The notes beneath the pieces were generated by a model. That model had not been told where the DNA came from. It searched no databases and was given only the letters and a program-made list of their open reading frames with translations. The position numbers and the translations under genes were made by a program. Of a DNA stretch of 64,000 bases, positions 38,059-47,672 are shown one piece after another (position 1 is the first letter of the stretch; every line of letters begins with the position of its first letter). Source of the stretch: Myxococcota bacterium (GTDB taxonomy: Bacteria > Myxococcota_A > UBA796 > UBA2385); contig JBIJDH010000001.1 in assembly GCA_044344255.1 (NCBI GenBank), forward strand, positions 480,001 to 544,000. The letters are read 5' to 3'.

Positions 38059-38077
38059 CGTGGCGGAAGGAGCGAGG

Positions 38078-38449
38078 ATGACCACCGAGAGGGAGAGGCG
38101 CTGTGACCGCGCCGGCTGGCTGGTCGGCCCGGGGGGCTCGGTCGCGGACCGGGCCTGGCGGGAGGGCTCACCCCCCTCGGGCTGCGGCAACCTGGTCTGT
38201 GGACGCTGTGGCCGTGCGGTGCGCTCTGTCGCTGGCGCGCTGCTCGCCCGCCGCCCCAGCGCCGCGGAGTGGCTGGAGCTCCACGACGGCGGCGGCTGGT
38301 CTGCCTGGCTGGAGAGCGGACAGGGCAGCCGCGACTTTCGGACCTACCTGTGCGGCTGCCGCGCCTTCCCCGCCAGTCGGGCGGCGGACCTGCAGGAATT
38401 AGCCCTGGACGACGATCTCCGCTGGGCGTGCGCAGGGCACCCTGGCTGA
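38078..38449 (+). CDS. Small Cys-rich hypothetical protein (putative Zn binding)
   Basis: AAGGAG SD; CGNLVCGRC, CGC, WACAGH. Confidence 0.7.
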   Translation: MTTERERRCDRAGWLVGPGGSVADRAWREGSPPSGCGNLVCGRCGRAVRSVAGALLARRPSAAEWLELHDGGGWSAWLESGQGSRDFRTYLCGCRAFPASRAADLQELALDDDLRWACAGHPG

Positions 38450-38500
38450 CACACCGCGACCCCGCAGGGACGCGCCCCGCCCTCCCCGCCAGCGAGGCCC

Positions 38501-39646
38501 TCAGCCGGCGCGGGTCCAGATCCGCCAGCTGAAGCCGTCGGTGCCCTCGCGGTGGGGCCAGAGGGTGTGCTCGCTGGCGAGCGTGAAGCCGGGGAGGCTG
38601 GGCTCATGCTCGTTCTCGGCGCGCAACAGGGAGCATGTCGCGTAGACGAGGCGGCCGCCGGGCTGGACCCAGGCGGCGCCCTCGTCGAGGAGCCGGCGCT
38701 GGAGGGGGACCTGCGCGGCGGGATCGAGGCCCCAGCGGAGGGCAGGGTCCCGGCGAAGCCGACCCGAGCCTGTGCAGGGAGCATCGACCAGCACCAGATC
38801 GTAGCGGCCGGAGGGGGGGCCGACCCGCACGTTGGCGCCCGCCCGCGCGGCTCGCTCCCGCAGGCGCTCGAGGGCGTTGCTGCGGCTGTCGCTGGCGTCG
38901 ACCCGCGCCCCGCGCGCCGCCAGCGCGAGGCTCTTCCCGCCAGCCCCGGCGCAGAGGTCGAGCACGCGGGCGCCGTAGAGCGGCCCGAGGGCGTCGATGA
39001 GCAGTTGGCTGGCCTCATCCTGGACCTCGAAGAGGCCCTCGCGGAAGCTCGGCAGGCCCTCGAGGTTGACCCGCTTGAGCACCTGGAGCCCGTCGGGGGC
39101 CCGCGTGCAGGGGCGGGTCGGCGCTCCCTCGGCGAGGAGGCGCAGCGCGACGGCCTCCCGGTCGGCCTTGAGGCGGTTGGCCCGCAGCGTGAGGGGCGCG
39201 CGGGTGGCGAAGGTCGCGCCGAGCTGCCCAGCCTCTTCGGGGCCGAGGCGCTCCAGCCACTCGGTGGCGATCTCGGCGGAGACACCCATGGCGACCGCAT
39301 AGTCACCGACGTCAGAGCCCGTGCTCACGAGCGAGGGCAGGCGATCGCCGGCGACGAGCTGGCGCCAGCCGACGATGAGCTCGGGATCTCCGCCGAAGCC
39401 GGCCGCCCGCAGCAAGGACTCGTGGCGGATGACGCCGTGCACCGCCTCGGCGACGCGGGGCCGGTCTCGGCTGCCGAGCTTGCGCACCTCCCGAAACCAG
39501 CGCGCGAGCACGACCGTGGCGTGGCTCGGTCGGGCGCGGGCGGCCTCGAGGGCCTCGCGGGCGGCGGTGGCGAGGAAGGGCCGACCGAGGGCGTCGGCGA
39601 GCTCGGGGTTCACCTCGGCGGGGAGGGCGCAGCGCAGCAGATCCAT
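38501..39646 (-). CDS. RsmB/NOP2 family RNA m5C methyltransferase
   Basis: VQDEASQ, LDLCAGAGGKS, VDAPCTGSG, VYATCS. Confidence 0.93.
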   Translation of the reverse strand: MDLLRCALPAEVNPELADALGRPFLATAAREALEAARARPSHATVVLARWFREVRKLGSRDRPRVAEAVHGVIRHESLLRAAGFGGDPELIVGWRQLVAGDRLPSLVSTGSDVGDYAVAMGVSAEIATEWLERLGPEEAGQLGATFATRAPLTLRANRLKADREAVALRLLAEGAPTRPCTRAPDGLQVLKRVNLEGLPSFREGLFEVQDEASQLLIDALGPLYGARVLDLCAGAGGKSLALAARGARVDASDSRSNALERLRERAARAGANVRVGPPSGRYDLVLVDAPCTGSGRLRRDPALRWGLDPAAQVPLQRRLLDEGAAWVQPGGRLVYATCSLLRAENEHEPSLPGFTLASEHTLWPHREGTDGFSWRIWTRAG

Positions 39647-39649
39647 GGC

Positions 39650-40096
39650 TCAGCTCCGCCGGTAGAGCAGCGACACGGCGGGCGCGGGCTCAAAGGGCAG
39701 CCAGACCTCGCTCCGCAGCCCCTCCGGCGCGGGTCGGAGCTCGACCCGGGGCGCGAAGGGCCCGGCGTCCCAGCAGCAGCCGCCGCCCGGGAGCAGCCCC
39801 ACCACCCGCTCGGTGACCCAGGCGGGGTGCATGAAGTGGTGCACCCGCAGGCGCTGCTCCTCGGGGTCGAAGCGGTACCAGGCGCGGTCCTCGTGGGCGG
39901 GGGCGCCGTCCGCGGCGAAGAGCTGCTCGGAGACCTCGAGGAAGGTGCCGCCGAGCACACGCCGGGCCTCCATCCGGGCCTGGACGGCGGCGCCGTGGCT
40001 CTGGCCGACGCCCGACCAGGCCCCGACGAGAAAGTCGAGCGGCGCGAGGCCATCCGTGGCCACGCTCTCCCACCGCCTCCAGTCCACCTCCGCCAT
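39650..40096 (-). CDS. Beta-barrel protein (DUF1579/nitrobindin-like)
   Basis: LDFLVGAWSGVG N-terminal motif, VLGGTFL; beta-strand pattern. Confidence 0.55.
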   Translation of the reverse strand: MAEVDWRRWESVATDGLAPLDFLVGAWSGVGQSHGAAVQARMEARRVLGGTFLEVSEQLFAADGAPAHEDRAWYRFDPEEQRLRVHHFMHPAWVTERVVGLLPGGGCCWDAGPFAPRVELRPAPEGLRSEVWLPFEPAPAVSLLYRRS

Positions 40097-40224
40097 CGAC
40101 GCACCTCCGAGGCGGCATCATGACACGGCACCCCAAGGTCGGCAGCCGGAAGATGGCCGCCGGAAGATGGCCGCCAGGCGGCGCGGCTCGCGCCCTCGGA
40201 GCCGGCCCCAGATATACGGGCCCC

Positions 40225-41703
40225 ATGGAAACCCCGCGGCGGCTCCACACCCCCCGAACCCTCTCTCGAGGCCTCCCGGCCCTCCTCCTCTGCCTGCTGG
40301 CCCTCGCGCTCGGCCTCGGCCTCGGCGCCGCGCCGCCCGAGCCGGGCGCCGAGATCAGCCTCCCTCAGGCCCTCACGGCGAGCTGGAAGCCCGGCCAGGC
40401 GGCGGCTGGGCTCGCCCAGACCTTGAGCCCGATGAGCCCGGTGCGGGTCGAGCTGCCCACCTGGCTGGCTCGGAAGATCACGGACGACACCGCGCTCTTC
40501 TATTTTTCGCCCACCTGTCCGCACTGTCGCCACATCATGCCCGAGGTGAAGTCCCTGCAGGGCAAGGGCGGGCTCCGGTGGCTCGGCGTCGCGGCCGCGG
40601 GGTCCTCGGAGGCCGATCTCGCCGAGTTCAAGGCCACCTTTCAGCCCGGCTTTGACATCCTCATCGACTCCGCCGAGCGCGAGGTGGGCACCACCCTCGC
40701 CGCCGCCTCCACCCCCTCGCTCTACATCGCCCGCCCCGTCTCCGGGGCTGACCTCTCCCAGGCGCGCGCCCCCATCGACATCATCGACGCCTGGTCCCCG
40801 ATGGGCCCGGGGATCGGCAGCGTGATGCTCATCCGCCGCCACCCCAACGACCCCTTCCGCGACTTCCAGGGCTACCTCGGAAACCGCACCTGCACGAGCT
40901 GCCACAGCCAGGAGGGCCTGTCTCACGCCCTCTCGCTGCACGCCATCGCCTATCGCACCCTCTACATGCGCGACCGCGCCGAAGACCAGGCCTGCGTGGG
41001 CTGCCACGTGACCGGGATGGGCCAACCCGGGGGCTTCGTCATCGGCGACCACAGCTCGATGTTGACGGGGGTGGGCTGTGAGGCCTGCCACGGCCCCTCC
41101 GGCCCCCACGACGGCAGCCCCACCGTCGCCACCGAGACCTGCGCCGGCTGCCACGACGCCGAGCACTCCATCGCCTTCTCCCTCGAGAAGGGCGTGCCGC
41201 TCATCGATCACTTCGCCGCCACCGGCATGTCCGAGGCCGACCTCCGCGCGCGCCTCGCCGCGATGGCCGACGGCAGCGCCGAGCGCCCGCTGCTCGCCTT
41301 CCCGAAGGGGCCGACGATGGGCGCGGAGTCTTGTAAGGACTGCCACAAGGCGGTCTTCAAGTCCTGGAAGAAGAGCCCCCACGCCGCCGCGATGAAGAGC
41401 CTCGGCGAGGGGGACGGCGCCAAGCCCGACTGCGCCCGCTGCCACGCCACCGCCACCGCGATGGGCGCCCTGCGCGAGGCCCCGATCACCCTGCCCGAGC
41501 TCCGCACCGACGAGGGGGTGGGCTGCGAGGCCTGTCATGGTTCGGGGGAGGCCCACGTCGCCGCCCCCTCCAAGGACAACATCATCGGGCTCGGCGAGAG
41601 CTGCCCCGAGTGTGTGATCGAGTCGATCTGCACGAGCTGCCACACCCCGAAGTGGGACCCCCGCTGGAGCACAGCGGAGCGGTTGAAGGCGTCCAAACAT
41701 TAA
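40225..41703 (+). CDS. Exported thioredoxin-like domain fused to octaheme c-type cytochrome (two c554-like tetraheme modules)
   Basis: Signal/TM segment; FSPTCPHC; eight CxxCH motifs (CTSCH, CVGCH, CEACH, CAGCH, CKDCH, CARCH, CEACH, CTSCH). Confidence 0.88.
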   Translation: METPRRLHTPRTLSRGLPALLLCLLALALGLGLGAAPPEPGAEISLPQALTASWKPGQAAAGLAQTLSPMSPVRVELPTWLARKITDDTALFYFSPTCPHCRHIMPEVKSLQGKGGLRWLGVAAAGSSEADLAEFKATFQPGFDILIDSAEREVGTTLAAASTPSLYIARPVSGADLSQARAPIDIIDAWSPMGPGIGSVMLIRRHPNDPFRDFQGYLGNRTCTSCHSQEGLSHALSLHAIAYRTLYMRDRAEDQACVGCHVTGMGQPGGFVIGDHSSMLTGVGCEACHGPSGPHDGSPTVATETCAGCHDAEHSIAFSLEKGVPLIDHFAATGMSEADLRARLAAMADGSAERPLLAFPKGPTMGAESCKDCHKAVFKSWKKSPHAAAMKSLGEGDGAKPDCARCHATATAMGALREAPITLPELRTDEGVGCEACHGSGEAHVAAPSKDNIIGLGESCPECVIESICTSCHTPKWDPRWSTAERLKASKH

Positions 41704-41745
41704 AATCAAAGTGACTGCATTAAGACAACTGACTCCGGAGCGAAG

Positions 41746-43200
41746 ATGAGTCGTGGCAGCATGAACCTCTGTCTGGTCGCCGCTGAGGTGGCCCCCTGGT
41801 CCAAGACCGGCGGCCTCGGGGATGTGTGCGGCGCCCTCCCCCGGGCGATGGCCCGCCGCGGCCACCGGGTCCTCGTGATCGCGCCTCGCTACAAGGACTA
41901 CCCCGACGCCTGGGACACCAGCATCCGCCGGCACGTCCACCTCTTCGGGATGATGCACGAGGTGCGGATCTTCCACGGGGCCTCCGAAGGGGTGCACCAC
42001 CTCTTCATCGACCACCCGAGCTTCCACCGGCCCGGCATCTACGGCGACGACCGCGGCGTCTACGGCGACAACCTGTTCCGCTTCGCCCTGCTCTGTCGGG
42101 CCGCCCTCGACGCCTGTCTTTCGGTGCCGCTCGACGGCGCGCCGCTCGGTGAGGACGTCGTCTTTCACTGCAACGACTGGCACACCGGGCTCCTCCCCCT
42201 CTTCCTCCAGTCGGTCTATCGGCCGGCCAACCGCTTCGTGCGGGCCGGCACGGTGCTCTCGGTCCACAACGCGGGGCATCACGGCGCCTTTGACGCGGGG
42301 GAATTCGCCGGCCTCGACACCCCGGGCCGCTGGTGGCCCGCCGCTGAATTCGGCGGTCGGCTCAATTGCCTGAAGACCGGCCTCGTGCTGGCCGACCGCC
42401 TCACGACGGTCTCTCCCACCTACGCCCGAGAGCTGATGGGCGAGCAGGGCTTCGGCCTCGAGAGCATCTTCCGCCAGCGGCGGGGCGACCTCTTCGGCAT
42501 CCTGAACGGCATCGGCCCCGAGTGGGACCCCGCCACCGACAAGCACCTCCCGGCCCGATACGACGTCGACCACCTGGACGGCAAGGCGGTGTGTAAGGCC
42601 GCCCTCCAGCGGGAGATGGGCCTGCCGGTCCGCGCCGACGCCCCGCTGCTCGCCGTGGTGGCCCGCCTCGACGCGCAGAAGGGCATCTCGCTCCTCCTCG
42701 AGGCCATGCCCCAGCTCCTCCGCCAGGACCTGCAGCTCGTCGTGCTCGGCAGCGGCTCGGCCACCTTCGCCGATCAGCTCCAGCGCTGGAGCGAGGCCGC
42801 CCCCCAGCGCCTCCGGGTGCGCATCGGCTTCGACGAGGGCCTCGCCCATCGCATCGAGGCTGGGGCCGACATCTTCCTGATGCCCTCTCGCTTCGAGCCC
42901 TGCGGCCTCAACCAGATGTACTCGATGCGCTACGGGACGGTCCCCGTGGTCCACAGCACGGGGGGCCTCGCCGACACGGTGCAGTCCTTCGAGCCGGGGG
43001 TGGAGCGGGGCACGGGCTGGGCCTTCTCGCAGTTCACCCCAGAGGCCTTCTTGAAGGCGGTGGGCTTCGCGATCATCACCCGCCGCGACCACCCGGAGAG
43101 CTGGCGCGGCCTGCAAGAGCGGGGGATGCGGCAGGACTGGAGCTGGGACCGCGCCGCGGCGCTGATGGAGCGGGTCTATCGCTCCACCACCCAGGCCTGA
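41746..43200 (+). CDS. glgA: Glycogen synthase
   Basis: KTGGLGDV, HCNDWH, TVSPTYA, GILNGI, QKG, PSRFEPCGLNQ. Confidence 0.96.
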   Translation: MSRGSMNLCLVAAEVAPWSKTGGLGDVCGALPRAMARRGHRVLVIAPRYKDYPDAWDTSIRRHVHLFGMMHEVRIFHGASEGVHHLFIDHPSFHRPGIYGDDRGVYGDNLFRFALLCRAALDACLSVPLDGAPLGEDVVFHCNDWHTGLLPLFLQSVYRPANRFVRAGTVLSVHNAGHHGAFDAGEFAGLDTPGRWWPAAEFGGRLNCLKTGLVLADRLTTVSPTYARELMGEQGFGLESIFRQRRGDLFGILNGIGPEWDPATDKHLPARYDVDHLDGKAVCKAALQREMGLPVRADAPLLAVVARLDAQKGISLLLEAMPQLLRQDLQLVVLGSGSATFADQLQRWSEAAPQRLRVRIGFDEGLAHRIEAGADIFLMPSRFEPCGLNQMYSMRYGTVPVVHSTGGLADTVQSFEPGVERGTGWAFSQFTPEAFLKAVGFAIITRRDHPESWRGLQERGMRQDWSWDRAAALMERVYRSTTQA

Positions 43201-44090
43201 GCCTGGCTCCGCCCCCTCCACCGGGCCCCGGCCTCCTCACCGTCCACAAGCCGGTCGGGCAGACCAGCCGGGCCAGCATGGAGGCCCAACGCCCGCCGGC
43301 CTGCGGCTTGCCGATGTGCCACGGCGGGGCCCTCGACCCCTTCGCCGAGGGCCTGCTGCTCGTCCTCTCCGGGGGTGCCACCCGCCTCTTCCCCCACCTG
43401 CACGGCGTCCCCAAGGTCTATCGGGCGACCCTGTCCTGGGGGCGAGAGACCGACACGGGCGACCTGCACGGGTTGACCGTAGCCGAGGGCTCCGCCGACC
43501 GCCTCGATCCGCCCCTCCTCGAGGCGGCCCTCCGCCGCATGGAGGGCTGGCAGGACCAGGTGCCCCCCGCCACCAGCAACAAGCGCGTCGACGGCGAGCG
43601 GGCCTACGAGAAGGCGCACCGGGGCGAGCGCTTCACCCTCCCCGCCGCCCGCACCTACTTACACGCGGCCCGCTGGCTGGCGCACCGCCTCCCCGACGAG
43701 AGCGAGCTCGAGGTCTCGGTGATCGGCGGCTTCTACGTCCGCTCCCTCGCGCGCGACCTCGGCCGCGACCTCGGGGTGCCCGCCCACCTCCGCCACCTCG
43801 ACCGGCGCGCGATCGGCCCCTGGACCGACCCCGGCCCCGGACAGACCGCCTCATTCGAGGGGGAGGCCCTGCTCCCCTGGTGCCCCGCCCGCCCCCTCTC
43901 CACCGACGAGCGGGCCCGCCTGCGCCTCCACGGCAGCCTCCCCTCCGCCGGCACCCTCCCCGCCGACTGGCCGCTGCCCGAGGGCTTTCCTGCCCCGCCG
44001 GTGCGCCTCCTCTATCGGCGCCGCCTCGTCGGCCTGGCCGAGGGGGGCGATCCCCTCCGCGTCACCCTGCTGCTCGGCGCGGGCCTTTAG
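43197..44090 (+). CDS. truB: tRNA pseudouridine-55 synthase, divergent
   Basis: GLLTVHKPVGQTS lies in frame upstream of the first ATG (43278); HGGALDPFAEG, KVY, TDTGD, QVPP, GFYVRSLARDLG. Confidence 0.85.
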   Translation: MSLAPPPPPGPGLLTVHKPVGQTSRASMEAQRPPACGLPMCHGGALDPFAEGLLLVLSGGATRLFPHLHGVPKVYRATLSWGRETDTGDLHGLTVAEGSADRLDPPLLEAALRRMEGWQDQVPPATSNKRVDGERAYEKAHRGERFTLPAARTYLHAARWLAHRLPDESELEVSVIGGFYVRSLARDLGRDLGVPAHLRHLDRRAIGPWTDPGPGQTASFEGEALLPWCPARPLSTDERARLRLHGSLPSAGTLPADWPLPEGFPAPPVRLLYRRRLVGLAEGGDPLRVTLLLGAGL

Positions 44091-44689
44091 GCGCCGTCCG
44101 ACGGATACAGCCACCGCCAGGCGACGCGGGTCGTCGTGGGCATCACGACCCAGGTCATCATCGGCACGACGATGAAGCCGCTCAGCGCCGTGCGCAAGGC
44201 GAAGGGGAGGTGGCCGATCAGGGGCGCGCAGAGGGCCGAGACGAGGACGATCAGGGGCGTGATCACGATCCAGGTGAGCACCGCCATCTTCCAGCGGGGC
44301 GGAGGGCCGGCCGTCACCCGGCCGGGCAGCGTGAACCAGGCGTCGAGGCCGGTCGCCACCTGGACGGTCGCAGGCACCTCGACGAGGGGCGCCACCCGCT
44401 CGAGGAGGTCGGCGAGGGCCGCCGAGCCTTGCCAGGTCGTGAGCGCCGCCTCCGAGGCGAAGCGGAGGACGATGACGTACTCCGGCTGCCCCACCCGGGG
44501 CCGGAGCACGGTCACGCCGCGCTGCCCAGGCGAGGTGGACGCGCGGCCCACGAGCTCGCTGATCCAGCGCTCCAGCGCCGCCTCGCGGCCCGGGCGCGCC
44601 CGCCGTGACACCACGAGGGTGACCTCGCTCGCCGCTCCGGGCGCGACCGCGGTCCCCTCCTCTTCCCACTCGGCACCGTCTACAGACAC
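44087..44689 (-). CDS. Antibiotic biosynthesis monooxygenase (ABM) domain protein with C-terminal TM helices
   Basis: VTLVVSRRARPGRE, GLDAWF, PPRWKMA motifs. Confidence 0.8.
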   Translation of the reverse strand: MSVDGAEWEEEGTAVAPGAASEVTLVVSRRARPGREAALERWISELVGRASTSPGQRGVTVLRPRVGQPEYVIVLRFASEAALTTWQGSAALADLLERVAPLVEVPATVQVATGLDAWFTLPGRVTAGPPPRWKMAVLTWIVITPLIVLVSALCAPLIGHLPFALRTALSGFIVVPMMTWVVMPTTTRVAWRWLYPSDGA

Positions 44690-44719
44690 ATCTGCTCCCG
44701 TTCCACGATCGCGCGTGGC

Positions 44720-45157
44720 TCAGCCAAACATCATCACCGCCGCCCGCAGCGTCATCCCCATCAACAGCAGGCTGCCCAGCGTGAAGACCGTGAAGCGCAC
44801 GACGATGACGTTGACGGTCGCCTGGATGAGCGAGTGGAGCACCCGGCTCGCCACATAGGCCCAAGCCAGGACCACGAAGACGTCATCGGAGAGGCCCGCC
44901 GCCTGGATCGTGAGGCAGAGCGCGTAGAAGAGCGTGGGCTGCTCGTGGAGGTGGTTGTAGTTGTCCGCCACCCGGCTCGCGGCGGGCGGGAGCTCGAGCT
45001 TGCCGCCCGTCTCCCCCAGCTTCTTCAGGTCTACCTTGGCCTTCTGCATCGCGGGGAGGCGCGTCGCATAGAGCCACCACCACATGAGCAAGGTCCAGCC
45101 GATGAGGCCGAGGGCGGGCGCGAGGGTCCCATGGGTGAACATCGGAGGCTCCGTCAT
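44720..45157 (-). CDS. MAPEG family membrane protein
   Basis: ADNYNHLHEQPTLFY, LAWAYVASRVLHS. Confidence 0.85.
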   Translation of the reverse strand: MTEPPMFTHGTLAPALGLIGWTLLMWWWLYATRLPAMQKAKVDLKKLGETGGKLELPPAASRVADNYNHLHEQPTLFYALCLTIQAAGLSDDVFVVLAWAYVASRVLHSLIQATVNVIVVRFTVFTLGSLLLMGMTLRAAVMMFG

Positions 45158-45197
45158 TCGAGGGCAGGAGAGGTGGCCCGGCGGGGGCCGCGGGGGC

Positions 45198-45791
45198 TCA
45201 AGAGCGCGGGGCGTCCCCCTCCCAGCGGAGCCGCTCGCGCACTCGAAAGCCGTCGGGGACGGCGTATCGCCGAGAGGACAGGCGGCTCCAGCCCGGCGGG
45301 GGCGCGAGGGGCTCGCGGTCTCCAAGCAGCAAGACGGCGCAGCCGCCCGGCTTGAGCAGGCGGGCAGCGTCGGTGAGGAATTCGAGCGGCGGCTTGTAGG
45401 CGCGGCTGATGACCCCGTCGTAGGCCCCAGACTCGAGCTCCTCGCTCCGCATCCGACGCACCCGGGCGTTGCCGAGCCCGCCCTCCGCCACCACCTTCTC
45501 CAAGAAGATCGCCCTCTTCTCCCGGCTCTCGACGAGCTCCACCTGGGCGCTCGGACAGGCCGCGGCGAGGGCCACGCCGGGGAAGCCCGCCCCGCTGCCG
45601 AGGTCGGCCCAGCGGCCCTGGGCGTCGAGCTCGGCGACGGCCCCCGCCGCGTCGATGAAGTGGGGCTCGACCGGGCCGGGGCCGACGAGGTCCATGGCCC
45701 CCCGCCACTTGTCGAGCAGGCGCCGGTGGGCGGCCAGGGCGGGGTGCGGAGAGAGGGACGGGCTCGGCGAGGGGGCGGTCGGCTCACTCAT
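45198..45791 (-). CDS. rsmG: 16S rRNA m7G527 methyltransferase
   Basis: [23 protein letters not shown]; directly downstream of mnmG. Confidence 0.9.
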   Translation of the reverse strand: MSEPTAPSPSPSLSPHPALAAHRRLLDKWRGAMDLVGPGPVEPHFIDAAGAVAELDAQGRWADLGSGAGFPGVALAAACPSAQVELVESREKRAIFLEKVVAEGGLGNARVRRMRSEELESGAYDGVISRAYKPPLEFLTDAARLLKPGGCAVLLLGDREPLAPPPGWSRLSSRRYAVPDGFRVRERLRWEGDAPRS

Positions 45792-47629
45792 GTGCGCATC
45801 CCGGCGGCGAGGTGGATGGCGAGCAGGTCGATCGCCGCCGGGGTGATGCCCGGGAGCCGGGAGGCGGCCCCGAGCGTGGCCGGGCGGGCGGCGCGGAGGC
45901 GCTCGGCCACCTCGTGAGAGAGGCCCGGCAGGCGATAGTCGTGGCCGACGGGGAGGCGCACCCCCTCCATGCGCCGAGAGGCGGCGGCGCGGTCCTCCTC
46001 GCGGCGGAGGTAGCCCTCGTAGAGGAGATCGGTCTCCACCTGCTCGGCCACCTCGGGGGCCAGGGCGGGGAGAGACGGGTCTATCGAGCGGAGCGCGGCC
46101 CAGTCGGCCTCGGGGCGCCGCAGCAGGTCGGCGTAGCTCGCCTTGTTCTTGAGGCCCCCGAGCCCCAAGGACTGGAGCTGCAAGAGGGTGGCGGCGTCGG
46201 GATAGACAAACCGGCCGTCAACAACATGCCGGGCCTCGGCGATCGCAGCCGACTTCTGCTCAAAGCGCGCCCAGGCGGTCTCTCCCACGAGGCCGAGCGA
46301 GCGGCCGAGCGGGGTGAGGCGGCGATCGGCGTTGTCCTCGCGGAGGAGGAGGCGGTGCTCGGCCCGGCTCGGGAACATCCGATAGGGCTCGCCGCCCACG
46401 CCGCGTGTGATGAGATCATCGACCAGCACGCCGATGTAGGCCTGATCGCGCCCGATCGTGAAGGGCTGCCCCCGCGCGGCCGAGACCCCGGCGACGAGGC
46501 CCTGGGCGGCGGCCTCCTCATAGCCGCTCGTGCCGTTGACCTGCCCCGCCAGATAGAGGCCCGGCACGCCTTTGTGCTGGAGCCCGGCGTCGAGGTCACG
46601 CGGGTCGGAGAAGTCGTACTCGACCGCGTAGCCAGAGACGAGGATCTGGGCGGCCTCGAGGCCGACGATCGAGCGGACCACCGCCTCCTGGACGTCGGCC
46701 GGCAGGCTGGTCGACAGGCCGTTGACATAGACCCGCTCGGTCGAGAGGCCCTCGGGCTCGAGGAAGAGCTGGTGGCGGTCCTTCTCGGCGAAGCGCACCA
46801 CCTTGTCTTCAATCGAGGGGCAGTACCGCGGGCCGCGGCCGCTGATCTGCCCCGAGAACAAGGGCGAACGATGCAAGGCCCCCCGGATGAGCGCGTGGGT
46901 GGCCTCATTCGTGTACGTGATGAAGCAGTCCACCTGGGGCAGACGAGCGCCGCGCGGGGCGAAGGAGAATTGGCCGTCGGGCTCGAGGTCGCCCTGCCGC
47001 TCGACCCGCCCCCAGTCGATCGTCCGCGCGTCCAGCCGGGGTGTGGTGCCCGTCTTCAGGCGCCCGAGCCGCAGCCCCAGCGCCCGGAGGCTGTCGGAGA
47101 GGGCGTTGGTGCCGGGGTCTCCCACGCGGCCCCCCGCCTCCTGCCGCTCCCCACAGTGGAGGAGCCCGCCGAGGAAGGTGCCCGTGGTGAGCACCACCGC
47201 GCCGCCGTGGACGCGGCTCCCATCCGCAATCACGACGCCTGCGGCCCGCCCGCCCTCGAGGTGCAGCGCGGCCGCCTCCCCCTCGATGATCGTGACGGCC
47301 GCCTCGAGCTCCGCCGCCATCTCGGCGGGGTAGCGGTCGATGTCGACCTGCGCCCGGCTCGCCTGCACCGCGAGGCCCTTGCGCGTGTTGAGGCGGCGGA
47401 ACTGGATGGCGCAACGGTCGGTGACCCGGGCCATCACCCCGCCGAGGGCGTCGATCTCGCGCACGAGGTTGCCCTTGGCGAGGCCCCCCACCGCCGGGTT
47501 GCAGGAGAGGCGCCCCACGTGCCGCCGCTGCAGCGTGACCACCGCCACGGAGCGGCCGAGGCGCGCCGCCGCCAGCGCCGCCTCACAGCCCGCGTGCCCG
47601 GCCCCCACCACCACCACGTCGAAGCGCAT
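45788..47629 (-). CDS. mnmG: tRNA uridine-5-carboxymethylaminomethyl modification enzyme MnmG/GidA
   Basis: [53 protein letters not shown]. Confidence 0.97.
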   Translation of the reverse strand: MRFDVVVVGAGHAGCEAALAAARLGRSVAVVTLQRRHVGRLSCNPAVGGLAKGNLVREIDALGGVMARVTDRCAIQFRRLNTRKGLAVQASRAQVDIDRYPAEMAAELEAAVTIIEGEAAALHLEGGRAAGVVIADGSRVHGGAVVLTTGTFLGGLLHCGERQEAGGRVGDPGTNALSDSLRALGLRLGRLKTGTTPRLDARTIDWGRVERQGDLEPDGQFSFAPRGARLPQVDCFITYTNEATHALIRGALHRSPLFSGQISGRGPRYCPSIEDKVVRFAEKDRHQLFLEPEGLSTERVYVNGLSTSLPADVQEAVVRSIVGLEAAQILVSGYAVEYDFSDPRDLDAGLQHKGVPGLYLAGQVNGTSGYEEAAAQGLVAGVSAARGQPFTIGRDQAYIGVLVDDLITRGVGGEPYRMFPSRAEHRLLLREDNADRRLTPLGRSLGLVGETAWARFEQKSAAIAEARHVVDGRFVYPDAATLLQLQSLGLGGLKNKASYADLLRRPEADWAALRSIDPSLPALAPEVAEQVETDLLYEGYLRREEDRAAASRRMEGVRLPVGHDYRLPGLSHEVAERLRAARPATLGAASRLPGITPAAIDLLAIHLAAGMRT

Positions 47630-47672
47630 CGTGCCGATCTCCCCGCCCCTGCCTTGCCCCATCGGCGGGCCG

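Noticed and set aside
41683..41745. Sigma-70 promoter for glgA (TTGAAG...TAAAAT)
   Set aside because: Spacer is only 12 nt; the region is AT-rich but no well-formed promoter can be supported
39610..43221. 1203-aa minus-strand ORF
   Set aside because: Antisense to the cytochrome and glgA genes, which carry clear motifs
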